Shown here piece after piece: positions 39,471 through 52,101 of a DNA stretch of 64,000 nt; position 1 is the first letter of the stretch; each line of letters begins with the position of its first letter. Origin of the DNA: Lama glama. Lineage: Eukaryota. A program made the translations under genes and the position numbers. The notes under the pieces are model-generated. The model had not been told where the DNA came from. It worked only from the letters and a program-made list of their open reading frames with translations, and did no database searches. The stretch covers positions 64,916,001-64,980,000 of the forward strand of contig CM052817.1 in the NCBI GenBank assembly GCA_028534125.1, given 5' to 3'.

Positions 39471-40626
39471 TCAGTTTATTAGAGGCAATGTGTTTTGGTT
39501 GTTTTTTCCTTCAGGCAGAAGGCGCTGTAGTAGGTGATGGAGACAGTAGATGGTAAAAACTTTTCAGATGTTTTCTTCATTTTTGGCTTTGCAAAGTAAT
39601 TTTACTTCCCTTCTCAGCTGCCTCACGTCCGACCTAGTCATCTCAACCTCCTTTCCTGCCCACTCCCATATGCATATTTCCTGAGAGCGAAAAAGTTATG
39701 GTTGCCTGTTATAGTCAACCAGCCAAAGCTACCCTTTTGGCCCTGAGGAAACATGTATACTGAGGTTTTTTTTTTTTTTTACTATCTCCTGAGAGCTATG
39801 GATAGAAATTATACAAAAAGAGTTTATGACCATAAACTTCAAGTAATATCTAGGAAAGGATTACTCCTACTCTTTTATATTTCTTTGAGTTAAGATAAAC
39901 TTCCTTGGAGAGTGTGTGAACTCCTCCACATGTCAGTTTTTTTTTTTTTTTGGTCCTAATCCTGACTTGTATACTATTTGACATTACATTGTTCCTGCCA
40001 AATTAAAGCCTGTTCTCAGATTTTGTGTAGGGAAACATCATTTTATTCAGGAACAGTTAATTTAAATGTATATATGTGTAGTCTTGAAATGCACCTTCAT
40101 ATTAAAAGTTTACTAACTAAATTAATAGAATAAATTACATTAGAGGGATATTCTTTAAATAGTCAAGCTATCCAACTTAAGGGTCTGCCTTATAACCGCT
40201 AAAATTACATTGGCTTTGATCTGTTGTATTTAAATGATATGTTAATTATAAATATTTTTATTAATTTTATAAAGCAATCTCTGGCTGAACCTGTGCTTGA
40301 AATCATATTCATTATACCTCAATAAAGCTGGGGGTGGGGTAGAAATCATATTCATATAATTTAAAGCAATATAATGACATTTCTTTAAAAATATTCTGTA
40401 GTTCAACCAGAACAAAATTTAGATAGTCTGATTATTGATTAGGGATACAAACTAAGGTTCTCCGAAATGGGAGCTTATTTGTTTGTTAGCTGTTGTTTTT
40501 GTTGTTATTGTTGTTCAGGCCAATGACTTCAGCAGATGGAGAAGTAGAACCATCTTTCATTTAGCAAATATTTACTAAGCTCTCATTGGGTACCACTGTG
40601 CTAGACAAGGAATGCATTGATGGTAA

Positions 40627-40935
<309 letters not shown>

Positions 40936-42148
40936 TGAGAAGTGTCCCATTCAACAACACTTGTTTGTGCTCTTGGTCATGTATTCATTTAATTTGTTAG
41001 CCATCACTAAAATAAGTAGACACAGTTTTGAAGTTTTTTCTAATCAAAAGAGATCTGATCTTTCCAAATTGTCAAAACAGGCAAATGAAGGCATATACTG
41101 ATGACTAACTGAAGTATAACTCCCAGGTCTATATGTCGTATTAATAGGTACATTAAACTAGAATCCATTTGAAGTGATCTAGGAGTGAGGAGTCCAGAAT
41201 CCCTACTATGTGAGAAGCAATTGAGACCACCCTAACTTAAAGAGGGGATAAATTGGGGCCTCCCAATTTTCCTTAGTTCCTTGATATAACCGTGGAAGTA
41301 CCAATGATGGAGTAAACTGATTCTGCATTCTTCTTGAGGGCAGAACCAAGTGTTCCACTGAATGGCAGTGTTTGGTCAGTTATGAGGCTTGAGATTTACT
41401 TGTTAACAAAGAAGTTCAAATTACATGGCTTCTGGGGCCTCTTCCAGGTTTAATATACGGTGATTCCATACTTGCTATGGACCTAAAAGAAATAGATGTC
41501 TTTAGTAAAGTTAGTTTTTTCCTACATGTCTGTGTGAAACAAGCACACAAGACCGAGATTTGCTTCATTATGACTGATAAGTAGTTGCTGATATACTTGA
41601 TAATGAAGTGTCGTTGCAATACATGTATCAAGTTTTCCAAGTTGGATCAAAATTTTAATCTTCGGACTCTCTAAGCCATTTCTCAATATAACAGTAAAGT
41701 ATTCTGGAGAAAACATTCTGTACCTCCTTGTTCAGGAATCAAACTGTTCATTTTAATCTTGCATATACAGATGAGGTACAACAAGGCAGGAGTCCTTTCA
41801 AACAAATGGTACAGAAAGTGAAAAGCTCAGGCAGACAGCAACAGTTCAAAATGAATGAGGAGAGTGACAAGGACATAAAAAGATCCATCTTGCAGTCACA
41901 ATTATTGTAAACCTGAATGTCACAGGCTTCTTTAATGGCAGTATTTTTACCTAATTCAAAAACCTAATTTTTGAATACCTTCTCCATTCTTTTAAAGTTG
42001 ATGGCTAGGTCTTTTGAATCATGAGTTGAAAACGACAGAAGAAATTACAGCCAGCCATGTTTATTGCTTTATCAGTTTATTTTCCTGGAGACTCTGATGC
42101 AAACAGACATAAGAAGTTTTCCTAATAGGTTTCTTTCCACGATTCCAG

Positions 42149-42292
42149 ATAAAAGATGTAAATGTTGAAAATGTGAATCAGCAGAGAGGAGAGAAGAGCA
42201 TTTTTAAAGGAAAAAAGCCACCCCAAATCATAAGAAAGGAGAACTTGGAAGCTTTACAAAGACCTGTGCTCCTTCATCTAATCCATGGAAAG
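42149..42292 (+). CDS. MTTP: MTTP exon 3 ([19 protein letters not shown]...LLHLIHGK)
   Basis: 144 nt, AG/GT, phase 0/0. Confidence 0.96.
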
Positions 42293-45200
42293 GTAAAAGT
42301 GATTTTTGGGGTCCCACACCTTTTTTCCCCCAACTTTATATTTTTCTTTCCTTCAGTAGATATTATTTTTTAGGTGACCATGGTGCCACTACTTTTATGG
42401 CAAATGGAATTTTTTCAAAAACTAATAAACAATAGTTGTAAATTAAATGTCTCAGAAGTGAATCAAGGCATTTGAAACACTTATATTTTCTAACCATTTA
42501 TATTCCTATGTTTATGAAAATCTTTATAATAGAATCAAATATTTGTTTATTGAAGACAGGCATTATTAAAAGGTGCATTCCTTATTAAATTAGGAAGGAC
42601 TTGAAAGATATTGTAACACAATAGGTCACCATAGGTGATTGGATAAATTCAGGAAAGTAGACAAATTATGAAAATGAAATGATAACTTAGATAAGTGATA
42701 TTAATATGTCACGAGAATATCAATAAATGGATTAAGTACAAAACTGAAGCTTTTGAAGGGGCATACCATGTCTAAGAATTGATTTTTTAAAAAAGCATTT
42801 AGAGATTATTTAGAAACTATGACTTTGAAAAGCATTTTATATATTTATATTTTATATATTAAAGTAAGAATGAACACTAGCATACATTTGGATATTTGCT
42901 CTGAAAACTCTTTAAGTGTTCATTACTTATGGTTTGAGTCTAATCTATTGAAATGGTCTATATAATATGTTTGGAATTGAGACGCAATTGTGATCTGTGA
43001 ATTATTAGGCTTTATGTGGGTTTATAAAAAGTATATATTATATTGACATGTATAAAAATGTATTAGTAAAGACAAAAGCTCACTTTTAGGAACTAAAGTG
43101 GAAAAACAGAAAAGGACCATTATAGTTAAAACTACAAGTTTCTAAAAATGTCTCTAGATCCAAAATTTCTAAAATAGAAATAGAAACAAATGCTTTAAAA
43201 TATAAATTTAAGACATGTAATATATTGCTATTTATGATTCTCATTTGTATGTAAAATAATAAAAAGGATTATTGTATCATCACCTCTCTGACAACCAAAT
43301 GTGAATCACCATTTCAAGAATGCTTCTCTTCCTTCTCCACTTGTCAAAATACTTACCATGCTTCAGGCTTCTCTTTTATAAAGTTCACACCCTTCTAGCC
43401 AGCTGAAAATAACCAACCCCCTTTAGAGCCATCTTAGTACTTTATAGCTCACTCAAGGTCCTGATCACTTGCCTTTTGGTCATTTGTGTTCATTGCTAGA
43501 TTATGGGTTCTGGTAGAGAAAATTCTTGTTCCTCTTTATATTCAACCCCTTTCCCCTCCCCTGCTCCCCAACACCTCAGGCTCGTCTATTCCCTTTCTCC
43601 CCAGAGCACCCAGAACCCGGCCTTGCACTGACTGATTTGGAGTCTGGAAGCCTTTCCCAACATTCTTCCAAACCCCGTTGTCCCCTGGGCTTCTTTCTAT
43701 CCAAGCATTTATCATGGTGTATTGCCATTCTCTATTTGTCTGCCATCCACATTTAGAGTTAGCTTCTCTTGGGAAGCAATCCTGTCTTTATCTCTGTATA
43801 TTCAGTGCCTTGCTCATAGTGGGAACTCAATAAATGTTTATAAACAAAAGGAATGAGCAAATAGGTTTATATGGGTCTAAAATGCGTGAGACTTTGTGAA
43901 AGGCTGTGCATATTATTTGCTTAATAATAGGTGAAACATACTTAGCCTTTAATGCCTGCACTGACTGAAGGCATTACAAGAATTCTCTCCTTTACCCTCC
44001 TGACAGCTCTAGGAAGCAGGTGCTGCTTTATGGTCCTCTTGTAGTAGATGAGGAAACCAAAGTTAAGAGAAGAAACTAGCCCTTGGGTCAACCAAACGCC
44101 AAGTGGTGGAGCTGGGATTCAAAACCGAGGGTCTGATTTCAGTGTCTGTGCTGGAAACCTCTGTGCTTTACTGCCTTTTCTAGCTGGAAAGTGTCTGGGG
44201 AGAAAACCCACCCCTTTGCTGGCCTTCTAGTCTAACTTTCATTCTGCACTGTACCTATTAACTCCCTTGATTTTCAGATGACACAACTTTATTAGCAACA
44301 TGAAGTCCTGTTATTTTCTTCTCTTGCCTTCCAATGTGGCAAGATGCTTGAGCAATAAAATATCAATTGCATTTAGAATCTTAATGACAGCCCATCATTT
44401 TATAGCCCCTTGGGTAGCAGTTGAGTACAAAGTCTTTGGTTACTCAGACAAAAGGACTCAGTGCCCTCACTGTTCAAAGGCTGGCATGGAGCTGCCACAT
44501 CGTTATTTCGGTGACTCCAACACGCCATTTCTACAGGAGCTATTACTTGTGATGATTTACTGTAGCCAGAGGGTAAAGTGCATTGTGGTATCTTTCAATT
44601 ATCTGATAAAGCCCTTGTTGGAAAAAAAAATGATCCTGGAGACAAAGAAACCGTGTGGACTTTTTAGCCACATTCCTGTCAGAAAGCTCATTATTTAAAT
44701 AACTATCACTTCATCTTCCTATGAGAGAAGTGATTAAAAGAAAGACTGTACTGCTGATTGGCAGTTTTCTCAGAGTAGTTTCTACCACAGGCTCAATTTA
44801 AGTTTTACTCCCTGAGATTTCTGTGATTTCAAGGATACTCATCAGCATGTATTTTCGGTCTTCCAGAGCCTCCTGTTTTAAGCTCCCATATTTACATCAT
44901 AAAAGATATCTCATAGAAATACTTAGGTGCATATTTATTGCACATATTTTTTTCTTTGCCCACTTATCTCCCCTACTTAAATATTTGGGTGTGACTCCAG
45001 TTTTTTCTACAAATCATAAATGAAGTTGGAAAGATGGCAGTCTTCTGATTAACACTGACGAGCAAAAGATGCCTCTAAGTTACAGCATGGATTCTTTTAT
45101 GGCCTGAGATGCTAATCCAATTAGCTGGAATATTACCAGATTTCCATGTCTTGTTTTCGCAGTCAGTGTTATTTAAGTTAGTGATGTGGCTGCTGCATCT

Positions 45201-48034
45201 TGCCTTTATTTTGTGTTGATCCTGGGCATTGATTTGCTCTCTGAATCCAGCGGTGTGTCTGCTGTACACTCACAGAACCTCCAAATGAAACGTGACACCT
45301 TGAAAACCTTCTAATTCTTCATATATTTCTTCACTTGTCTGTTTTCCAATGTGCCATTTCCTAGCTGTGCTTTGTCTTAGATACATATCAAAGAGACATA
45401 CCTTCAGTTAAGTAGACCAAATAAAATGACTTCTCTCATTTGCTGGGATCCTTTTTGTTTATTTTTGCTTGTTTGGCAGTTAATGAAATTTTGCTTTCTC
45501 TTATTCTTAACAAGTGATTAAATTAATGGAATGTATAGAAGTATTTTTTTTCCTGGGGGAAAAATATGAATAATTCCTACTGATTCCAACGGGAAATTGG
45601 CCCTCAAAATTTGGCCAGAAGAGACATGGCATCTGCTTCCACACAACCCACCCGTCTCCCTCTGCGTTTGGGTTTCTTGGGTTAATGGCTTAGTTTGTAA
45701 CTAGGTTGTGCTGCTGCCGGTCTCTGGAAGCTCCGGGGACTGTGAATTTAGATAACAGTCCTGTGCTCACGGATGTTCAGAGCTCATTTCAAAACTGATT
45801 GAAGTAATCAGGTTTATGGCCTGAATATAATAAAACTTACTTAATTCCTGTTGTGAAATAATGAATTTAAGATTATTGCTGTCACAGTCTCCTGGATTGA
45901 ACTGCCAAGTTCTGACTTTATTATCATTATTTTTTTAATTATCAAAAGCTGATTCGATTCAAACAGTTTTGACTCTTAGCTAATATGGATACCAGTGCTG
46001 TCTTCCCTTTGGATCTCATTGATCTGCACTAAAGGAAGAGAATTTAGGCCCCAAAGGTAGCAGGCACACAAAGGAAAAAGATACTTGTTCCCTTTCCTAG
46101 TTCTAGGGAAACAAATAAAAGCGAGTAGAAGGAATTTTTAGAAAATCCTCTTTCTGCCTTGCAGTTTACATTGTTCACCCTGCCAGGAAAAAAACCTGTA
46201 GCATCATTTTCTTAGGGATCTAGCAGTCAAGAGCGAAAGAAATAGGCCAGTAGTGGGAGAGCACTTAACCTTATGCATAGTCTAAAGAGTAAATCTGAGA
46301 ACTGGGTTTCCTAAAATTTTAGGTAAAATTTTATAAATAGTTCAGGCAAGTTTTGTAACTTGGAAGGAAAGTGAGGATACTGATGGTAGTACATGTATTT
46401 TTCCCATTTAATGGCTCCTCTTGTTTTCCTTAAGTATTTAAGGCTCAGGCCCCCAAAGTCACAGGCCTTAGGCATGTGTGCACCACTACCAGTGAGCCCT
46501 TCTGACTGCACGTGGGCTCACGTGGTCCAGTTTTGAAGCTCTAACAGTCATGATACCCGGAGATTTCATACGCCCAGATATTTGAAAAGGAAGTTAGTTG
46601 CCCTGTAATTCCTAAAGGGAAAGAAGACCTAGTTTACAAAATAGACCATCAGAAACTCAGCCTTGGTTCTGAGAAATTGCCAGTGATTTGTTTGAGAATA
46701 TGATACCATGAATTTTCAGACGCTGAGGTCACTATTCCAGTTCCTTTTTAACCTGGACAAACACAATTCCAACATTTATAGGTTTTGTCCAGTGTAATGA
46801 CTAAAATTGATTGCTGGATAAAGTATCTGGTAAATCTGTCACTAGGCAGATATGTAGAAAATACAGACAGAAATTTGAGGCACTTGTTTGCATAATTCAA
46901 GCAAAATATTTTCTTCTTCTGAGGTATAAGAGCGTTTTCATGTACGGTGAATTGTTCAGATTGGTGTTAACTGAATTTATTGCATAATTACTGAGCTTTC
47001 AGTTTTACTTGAGAAGTTATGGTTGGCTTTAAAGAGGATAGGAAGGCATTCAGGATATTTCTGGTAGAAATGCCAGCTATAATTACCATAGAATTCGGTT
47101 GGGAATTTTTACAGGGAAGCTATATCCATCCTCTCCATTTCTAAATCATGTGATGTGTTTGGAGTCAATACAGGGTGAAAAATGACAGCTTGCTTTCCAG
47201 AAAACTCTTGTATTTTTATCCTTGTTTCTTAAACATGAGCTAAATGATCAAAATGGTATGAGACACTGTTATCACCTCTGTGCCTATAAATATCAAGGAT
47301 GAAGCAAACTAAGATACGCCATTTACTGCTGCAGCCAAATCACAGCCGCCTTCCTCATTACAACTTCTTCTTCCTGCCTTCTGAGGAGACTCAAAGCAGA
47401 GCCTGGGGCAGTGCTGGCACCTTGAACCTCAGATCTTCCAACCTTCTGTGTCTCTTTATACTCAGGGCTAACATGAATGTTCTGGAGGGCCGAGGAACGT
47501 CGTTCCTGTGGAAGGTTGTCCACGGCACGTGGCCACATGTGGACCCTAATCATTACCCTCGGAGGCTGTGCCAGCTCAGGTGTCCCAGGCATGGCGATTG
47601 CCATCCTCTTCCAAGAACCTCTTTCTTTGCCGTCATTTTAAACCTTGGTTCGTTTTTGTTTCAAGCAGAATTGCAGGTAGAGAATAGGTTGACACGTTTG
47701 AAGAGAATGTACCTAATTTCTCTTCGTGGGGCCATCTTTGTTTTCACAGAAATCCTGCCCCATATCTGTGCTCTTTCCTTCCCTATGCTGTGCCCATCCC
47801 ATTCAGAGCCTTCATTACCGGTCTCCCGAAATTTCACATGCTGATGGTCTGGCTTCTTAGAAATGTCAATAACTTTCTTTCACGAAAAAAGAGATTCCAG
47901 CTTTGGAGTAACAGAGCTCTTTCTCCCCAAATCGATAGGGGTGAGACTCTAACTTTTCCTGCTATATATTTAACAAAATCTAATAAATGATGCATTTTTG
48001 CTCTGTTTATGTTTGTTTGTTTGTTTTTGCCTAG

Positions 48035-48142
48035 GTCAAAGAGTTCTACTCATATCAAAATGAACCAACAGCCATAGAAAATCTCAAGAGAGGCCTGGCT
48101 AGCCTCTTTCAGATGCAGTTAAGCTCTGGAACTACCAATGAG
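48035..48142 (+). CDS. MTTP: MTTP exon 4 ([36 protein letters not shown])
   Basis: 108 nt, cctag|GTC ... GAG|gtactt. Confidence 0.96.
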
Positions 48143-48444
48143 GTACTTACTAATATTATTAAGGATCCAGAATCTTTTCAATAGTTACCAAAATTGTATA
48201 CATGGATTTCTATTTGTAGAAATCAGTTAAAAAAAAAAAAAGCAGTTACTGATACAGTAATGCTCAGAAAAGATGAGTTGGGTGTTTGTCTCATTTACGT
48301 ATGTAACAAATTGCCATTTACCTCAATTTGTATTCAAATACAGGGTAAAAGGAACTAGAATCAGTTATACAAAGGAGACCTACAGAATGACTGAACGAGA
48401 CAGATGCAGAAAACCTTGAGGAGCCTTCTAGTGACATCAGTGTG

Positions 48445-48715
48445 TATCGCTGTCCCTTGGGGGAACTTATTAAAAATGTAGATTCCCTGGACGCACTGCA
48501 GAGATTCTGAATCAATAGCTTAGCATCTGCATTTTAACAGTTTTCTCATACAATGTAGATGTATTGTCAGTTTGAGGAGCCAGTGGTCTATGCCACCAAC
48601 TCCCTTCATTTTATAGACGAAGAAACAGGTTAAAAGAGAGAAATTAGGTGGCTCCTCCAGGATCACACTTGGAGTCAAAGGCAGAGCTGAGATCAGGTTT
48701 CCTTGTCTGAATTCA
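48445..48715. mobile_element. MER5A-like relic followed by a MIR fragment
   Basis: aaaaatgtagattccctgg...agattctgaatca...atctgcattttaacag, then cattttatagacgaagaaac...ggcagagctgagatcag. Confidence 0.6.
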
Positions 48716-49306
48716 GCCAGTCCATGACTTGGTGAGAAAACCTGATGGCCGGGCTGGGCCAAAGGAATACCAGCTAGAAATGGAAACTGGCCACAGTGCT
48801 GGTGGAGGCCAGAGGGAAGGCTCAGAGATGCTAAGCAGAGTCTGTTTTGGGATACTTTTACCTACGCTCAAATTGTTGATGTGACTTATGATGAGGTGAA
48901 TTAATCCCACAGGTTTTAAAGGATTTCTAATATTCAGCTCATTAAAGTGTGTGCACGCACACAGAGCATTAAAATTCAACTCCCCTTGCCATGTAATTAC
49001 CCATTTATGAGAGGTTTTGGTTATGACCAAGCCATTTGTCCAATTCCTTTTTGGCATTAGAGAGAAGCAGGAAATCCTTTATTTTTCCTGGGGCAATAAG
49101 AAGGTACTAATAAGACTTAAAGAAGGTGGAAAAGAATCCACATGCTGCAGGAAGCATTGAATTCCTCCTTCTTCTTATCTTGTCACTCTGGACAAAAGGC
49201 CATCTCCCAGGATATATTGGGGCCCTAATTTTCAAGCTACTTGCTGCTGGAATTCAAATGGTCCATACGAGAATCCCAAGCATTATATTTTTGATTTTCT
49301 TTTTAG

Positions 49307-49423
49307 GTAGATATCTCTGGGGATTGTAAAGTCACTTACCAGGCTCATCAAGACAAAGTGACCAAAATTAAGGCCTTGGATTCATGCAAAATTGAGAGGT
49401 CTGGATTTACAACCCCAAATCAG
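49307..49423 (+). CDS. MTTP: MTTP exon 5 ([39 protein letters not shown])
   Basis: 117 nt, AG/GT, both conserved cysteines present. Confidence 0.96.
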
Positions 49424-49486
49424 GTATGCTTTCTATCACTTTCTTTGAAGTATCCAAATAATTACATTTTGTAGAGATTTTTGGTG

Positions 49487-49686
49487 TTTTTTTTTAAAAA
49501 AATTAAAGTATAGTTGATTTACAATGTTGTGTCAGTTTCTTGTATACAGCATAATGATTCAGTTATACATATATATTCTTTATCATCATCTTTCGCATTA
49601 CAGGCTGTTATAAGATATTGAACATAGTTCTCTGTGCTATACAGTAGACCTTGTTTATCTCTTTCATAGGTAGTAGTTTGTATCTG
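49487..49686 (-). mobile_element. L1 3' end fragment in MTTP intron 5
   Basis: Poly-T followed by a reverse-complement L1 3' UTR. Degenerate TSD ac(a/g)tttt..agagatt at 49464-49479 and 49687-49702. Confidence 0.8.
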
Positions 49687-49946
49687 ACGTTTTACAGAGA
49701 TTAATCAAAAATAATAAATGAATAAAGTAACAATATAATTTGGGAACATGTAACATTTTTAGTTTAGGATATAGTTTTACACAATATCAGATGAAAAGAT
49801 TTATTTTAATATATTGTAGGTTTGGGTGATGCAGTGGGTTATGAAAGGGAAGTTTTTGTGAAGATGAAAAGATAGTTTGCTTGATTCAAAGATAAAAAGC
49901 TGACTGCTTATTACCACCACATATATATACTTATTTATTTATTTAG

Positions 49947-50086
49947 GTCCTGGGTGTCACTTCGAAAGCCACATCTGTCACTACCTATAAGATAGAAGAC
50001 AGCTTTATTGTAGCTGTACTTGCAGAAGAGATACGTGCTTTGCAACTGAATTTTCTACAAACCATTGCAGGCAAAATAGTATCGAA
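49947..50086 (+). CDS. MTTP: MTTP exon 6 ([20 protein letters not shown]...QTIAGKIVS)
   Basis: 140 nt, tttag|GTC ... TCGAA|gtaaga. Cumulative CDS 758 nt. Confidence 0.96.
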
Positions 50087-50802
50087 GTAAGACAATGCTG
50101 AAATTTAAATTTTCTTTCCTGTTCTTTGATATATTTTAAATTTGGTTAAACTTGGTTTTTAAAAATATGTCTACATATATAGTGTTTCCTCATTTTGACT
50201 GTGAGCTCCTTGAAAACAGTGATTATACCTTATTCATTTTTACTTTTCACATCTATAATAATATGTGGCATGCATTAAACACTTGAAGTTTTAAGAATCT
50301 TATTAAAAATTGTTTATTGAATAAAATGTAAATTTTACAAAGGCAAGCCAGTTGATTCATTCTAGCTTATTTTCTAATTTCTCTGTCAAATGTTTCCAAT
50401 TTTAAAGTTAAAAAGAGGTGGCATTTGCATGTTCTCTCCTGTAGATTTTTTGTTGTTGTTGTTATTGCTATTAATAAACATATAAAAAGTTCCGTAGCAA
50501 AGTTGATGTGACATAATTTTTGATGTGATTTTTATAGCAGTACTTACATATTCAAGCCTGTTTTTTCAATTTGAGAAAATTTCTCTGGTCAGAATAGTTC
50601 TCACAGGCTTAAGAACTAGAATTTCAAATCTAAGAGTATGTATTATTTTCAGATTTGAATTTAGAAGAACAATTTCTAGCATTAAATGTAAATTACATCT
50701 TATGTCATTGCTTCTCAAATGTTTCTTTTGAAGCAACCCTAACGTCAGTGGTGAATGGATGCAAAATCTTGGTAGAAGTGCCTCAAACCATAAATGCTTG
50801 AA

Positions 50803-50914
50803 TTTTTTTAAAATTGAAGTATTGTCAGTTACTGTGTATCAATTTTTGATGTACAGCATAATGTCCCAGTCATGCATATATATTCATATATTCATTTTCA
50901 TATTCTTTTTCATT
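50803..50914 (-). mobile_element. Short L1 3' end fragment
   Basis: Reverse complement resembles the 3' end of the L1 at 23720-23825. Confidence 0.75.
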
Positions 50915-51019
50915 GAAATTTGATTGAAGTCTCATCTGGAGTAGAGCTTTGCCTTCTACTCTGTACTATGTCTATATTGTTTTCATGTATTTTCATGTAA
51001 AATAAATATTTCTAATTGC

Positions 51020-51570
51020 TTAGGTTTATCAGGTTTCCACTGTTCTATAACACATCACTCTAAATTTAGTGTTGTAAAAAGCAGCAATCATTTTGTCATT
51101 CTGTCTCAAAATTTAGGGGCTTCCTGCTAGGCATGACTTGCTTGGTGTCTTATGCCACTGCAGACAGTCACGGACCAGAGCTGGTGCAAGGTTGCTCCCT
51201 CACCTATGTAGTGTCTGGTCTGGGAGATTCAACCTCCTTGTGCATCCTTGTGCATCTCTCTTTATCTCCATGTGCCTCTCAGCGTGGCAGCCTTAGGTAG
51301 CCAGACTTCTTACACAGCAGCTCAAGTCTCCCAAGTATGTGCTGTCGGCATGCCAGGTGAAAGCTGAATTCTCTTTTATGACTTAGCCTTACAAGCCATG
51401 TACTGTAACTTCCACTGTCCTCTGTGCATGGGGCAGTGACAGCATCCTGCCCAGGTTCAAGGAGAGGGATGCAAATTCTACTCTTGAAGGGAGAGAGGCA
51501 AGGTTCTGAAAGAGCATATCAGACAAAAAGATTTTTGAGACCATTTTTGAAAAATAAGATTTCCTACTGG
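51020..51570. mobile_element. MLT1-like (ERVL-MaLR) LTR relic
   Basis: ctataacacatcactctaaatttagtg...ccagacttcttacacagcagctca...ccatttttgaaaaata. Confidence 0.55.
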
Positions 51571-51950
51571 TCTTAGTTAATAAGCAACATGTGGTTGCAT
51601 TAAAGATACCATTTTCAGAGAGTTGGGCTAAATCCAAAAGAGATGACATCACATATCTTGTTCAGCATCCATGCAAATTGTCTTTTCTCTAGTCTTTTGT
51701 CGTAATATTTTGAAGATCCTGACTTAAAGTTTCAAATCTTTGAATAAAGTTGTTTCTCCAGAAAGATTTCTTAATTATCTTGATTTCATAATTATTTCAG
51801 TCACTGCTGGAGATATCGCCGTTTGGAAGATAGGGCCTTACATAATTTGAATAAATTAGTGTCTTGTTTGCCAAAAGAATGGCAACACGTAGCTTGTTCA
51901 CTCAAAATAACTAACTGCTAACGGGATATTTCTCTTGCTTCGTGGTGCAG

Positions 51951-52101
51951 GCAGAAGTTGGAGCTGAAGACAACAGAAGCAGGCCCAAGACTGCTGCCTG
52001 GGAAGCAGGTTGCGGCCATCATTAAAGCAGTCGATTCAAAGTATGTGGCCATTCCCATCATGGGCCAGGTCTTCCAGAGCGAGTGCAAAGGATGCCTTTC
52101 T
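51951..52101 (+). CDS. MTTP: MTTP exon 7 ([19 protein letters not shown]...[10 protein letters not shown])
   Basis: 151 nt, tgcag|G ... TCT|gtaagt. Cumulative CDS 909 nt. Confidence 0.96.

Noticed and set aside
47299..47844. 181-aa plus-strand ORF in MTTP intron 3
   Set aside because: No recognisable domain or codon pattern, and MTTP exon phasing is complete without it. Probably a chance ORF in a GC-richer patch.
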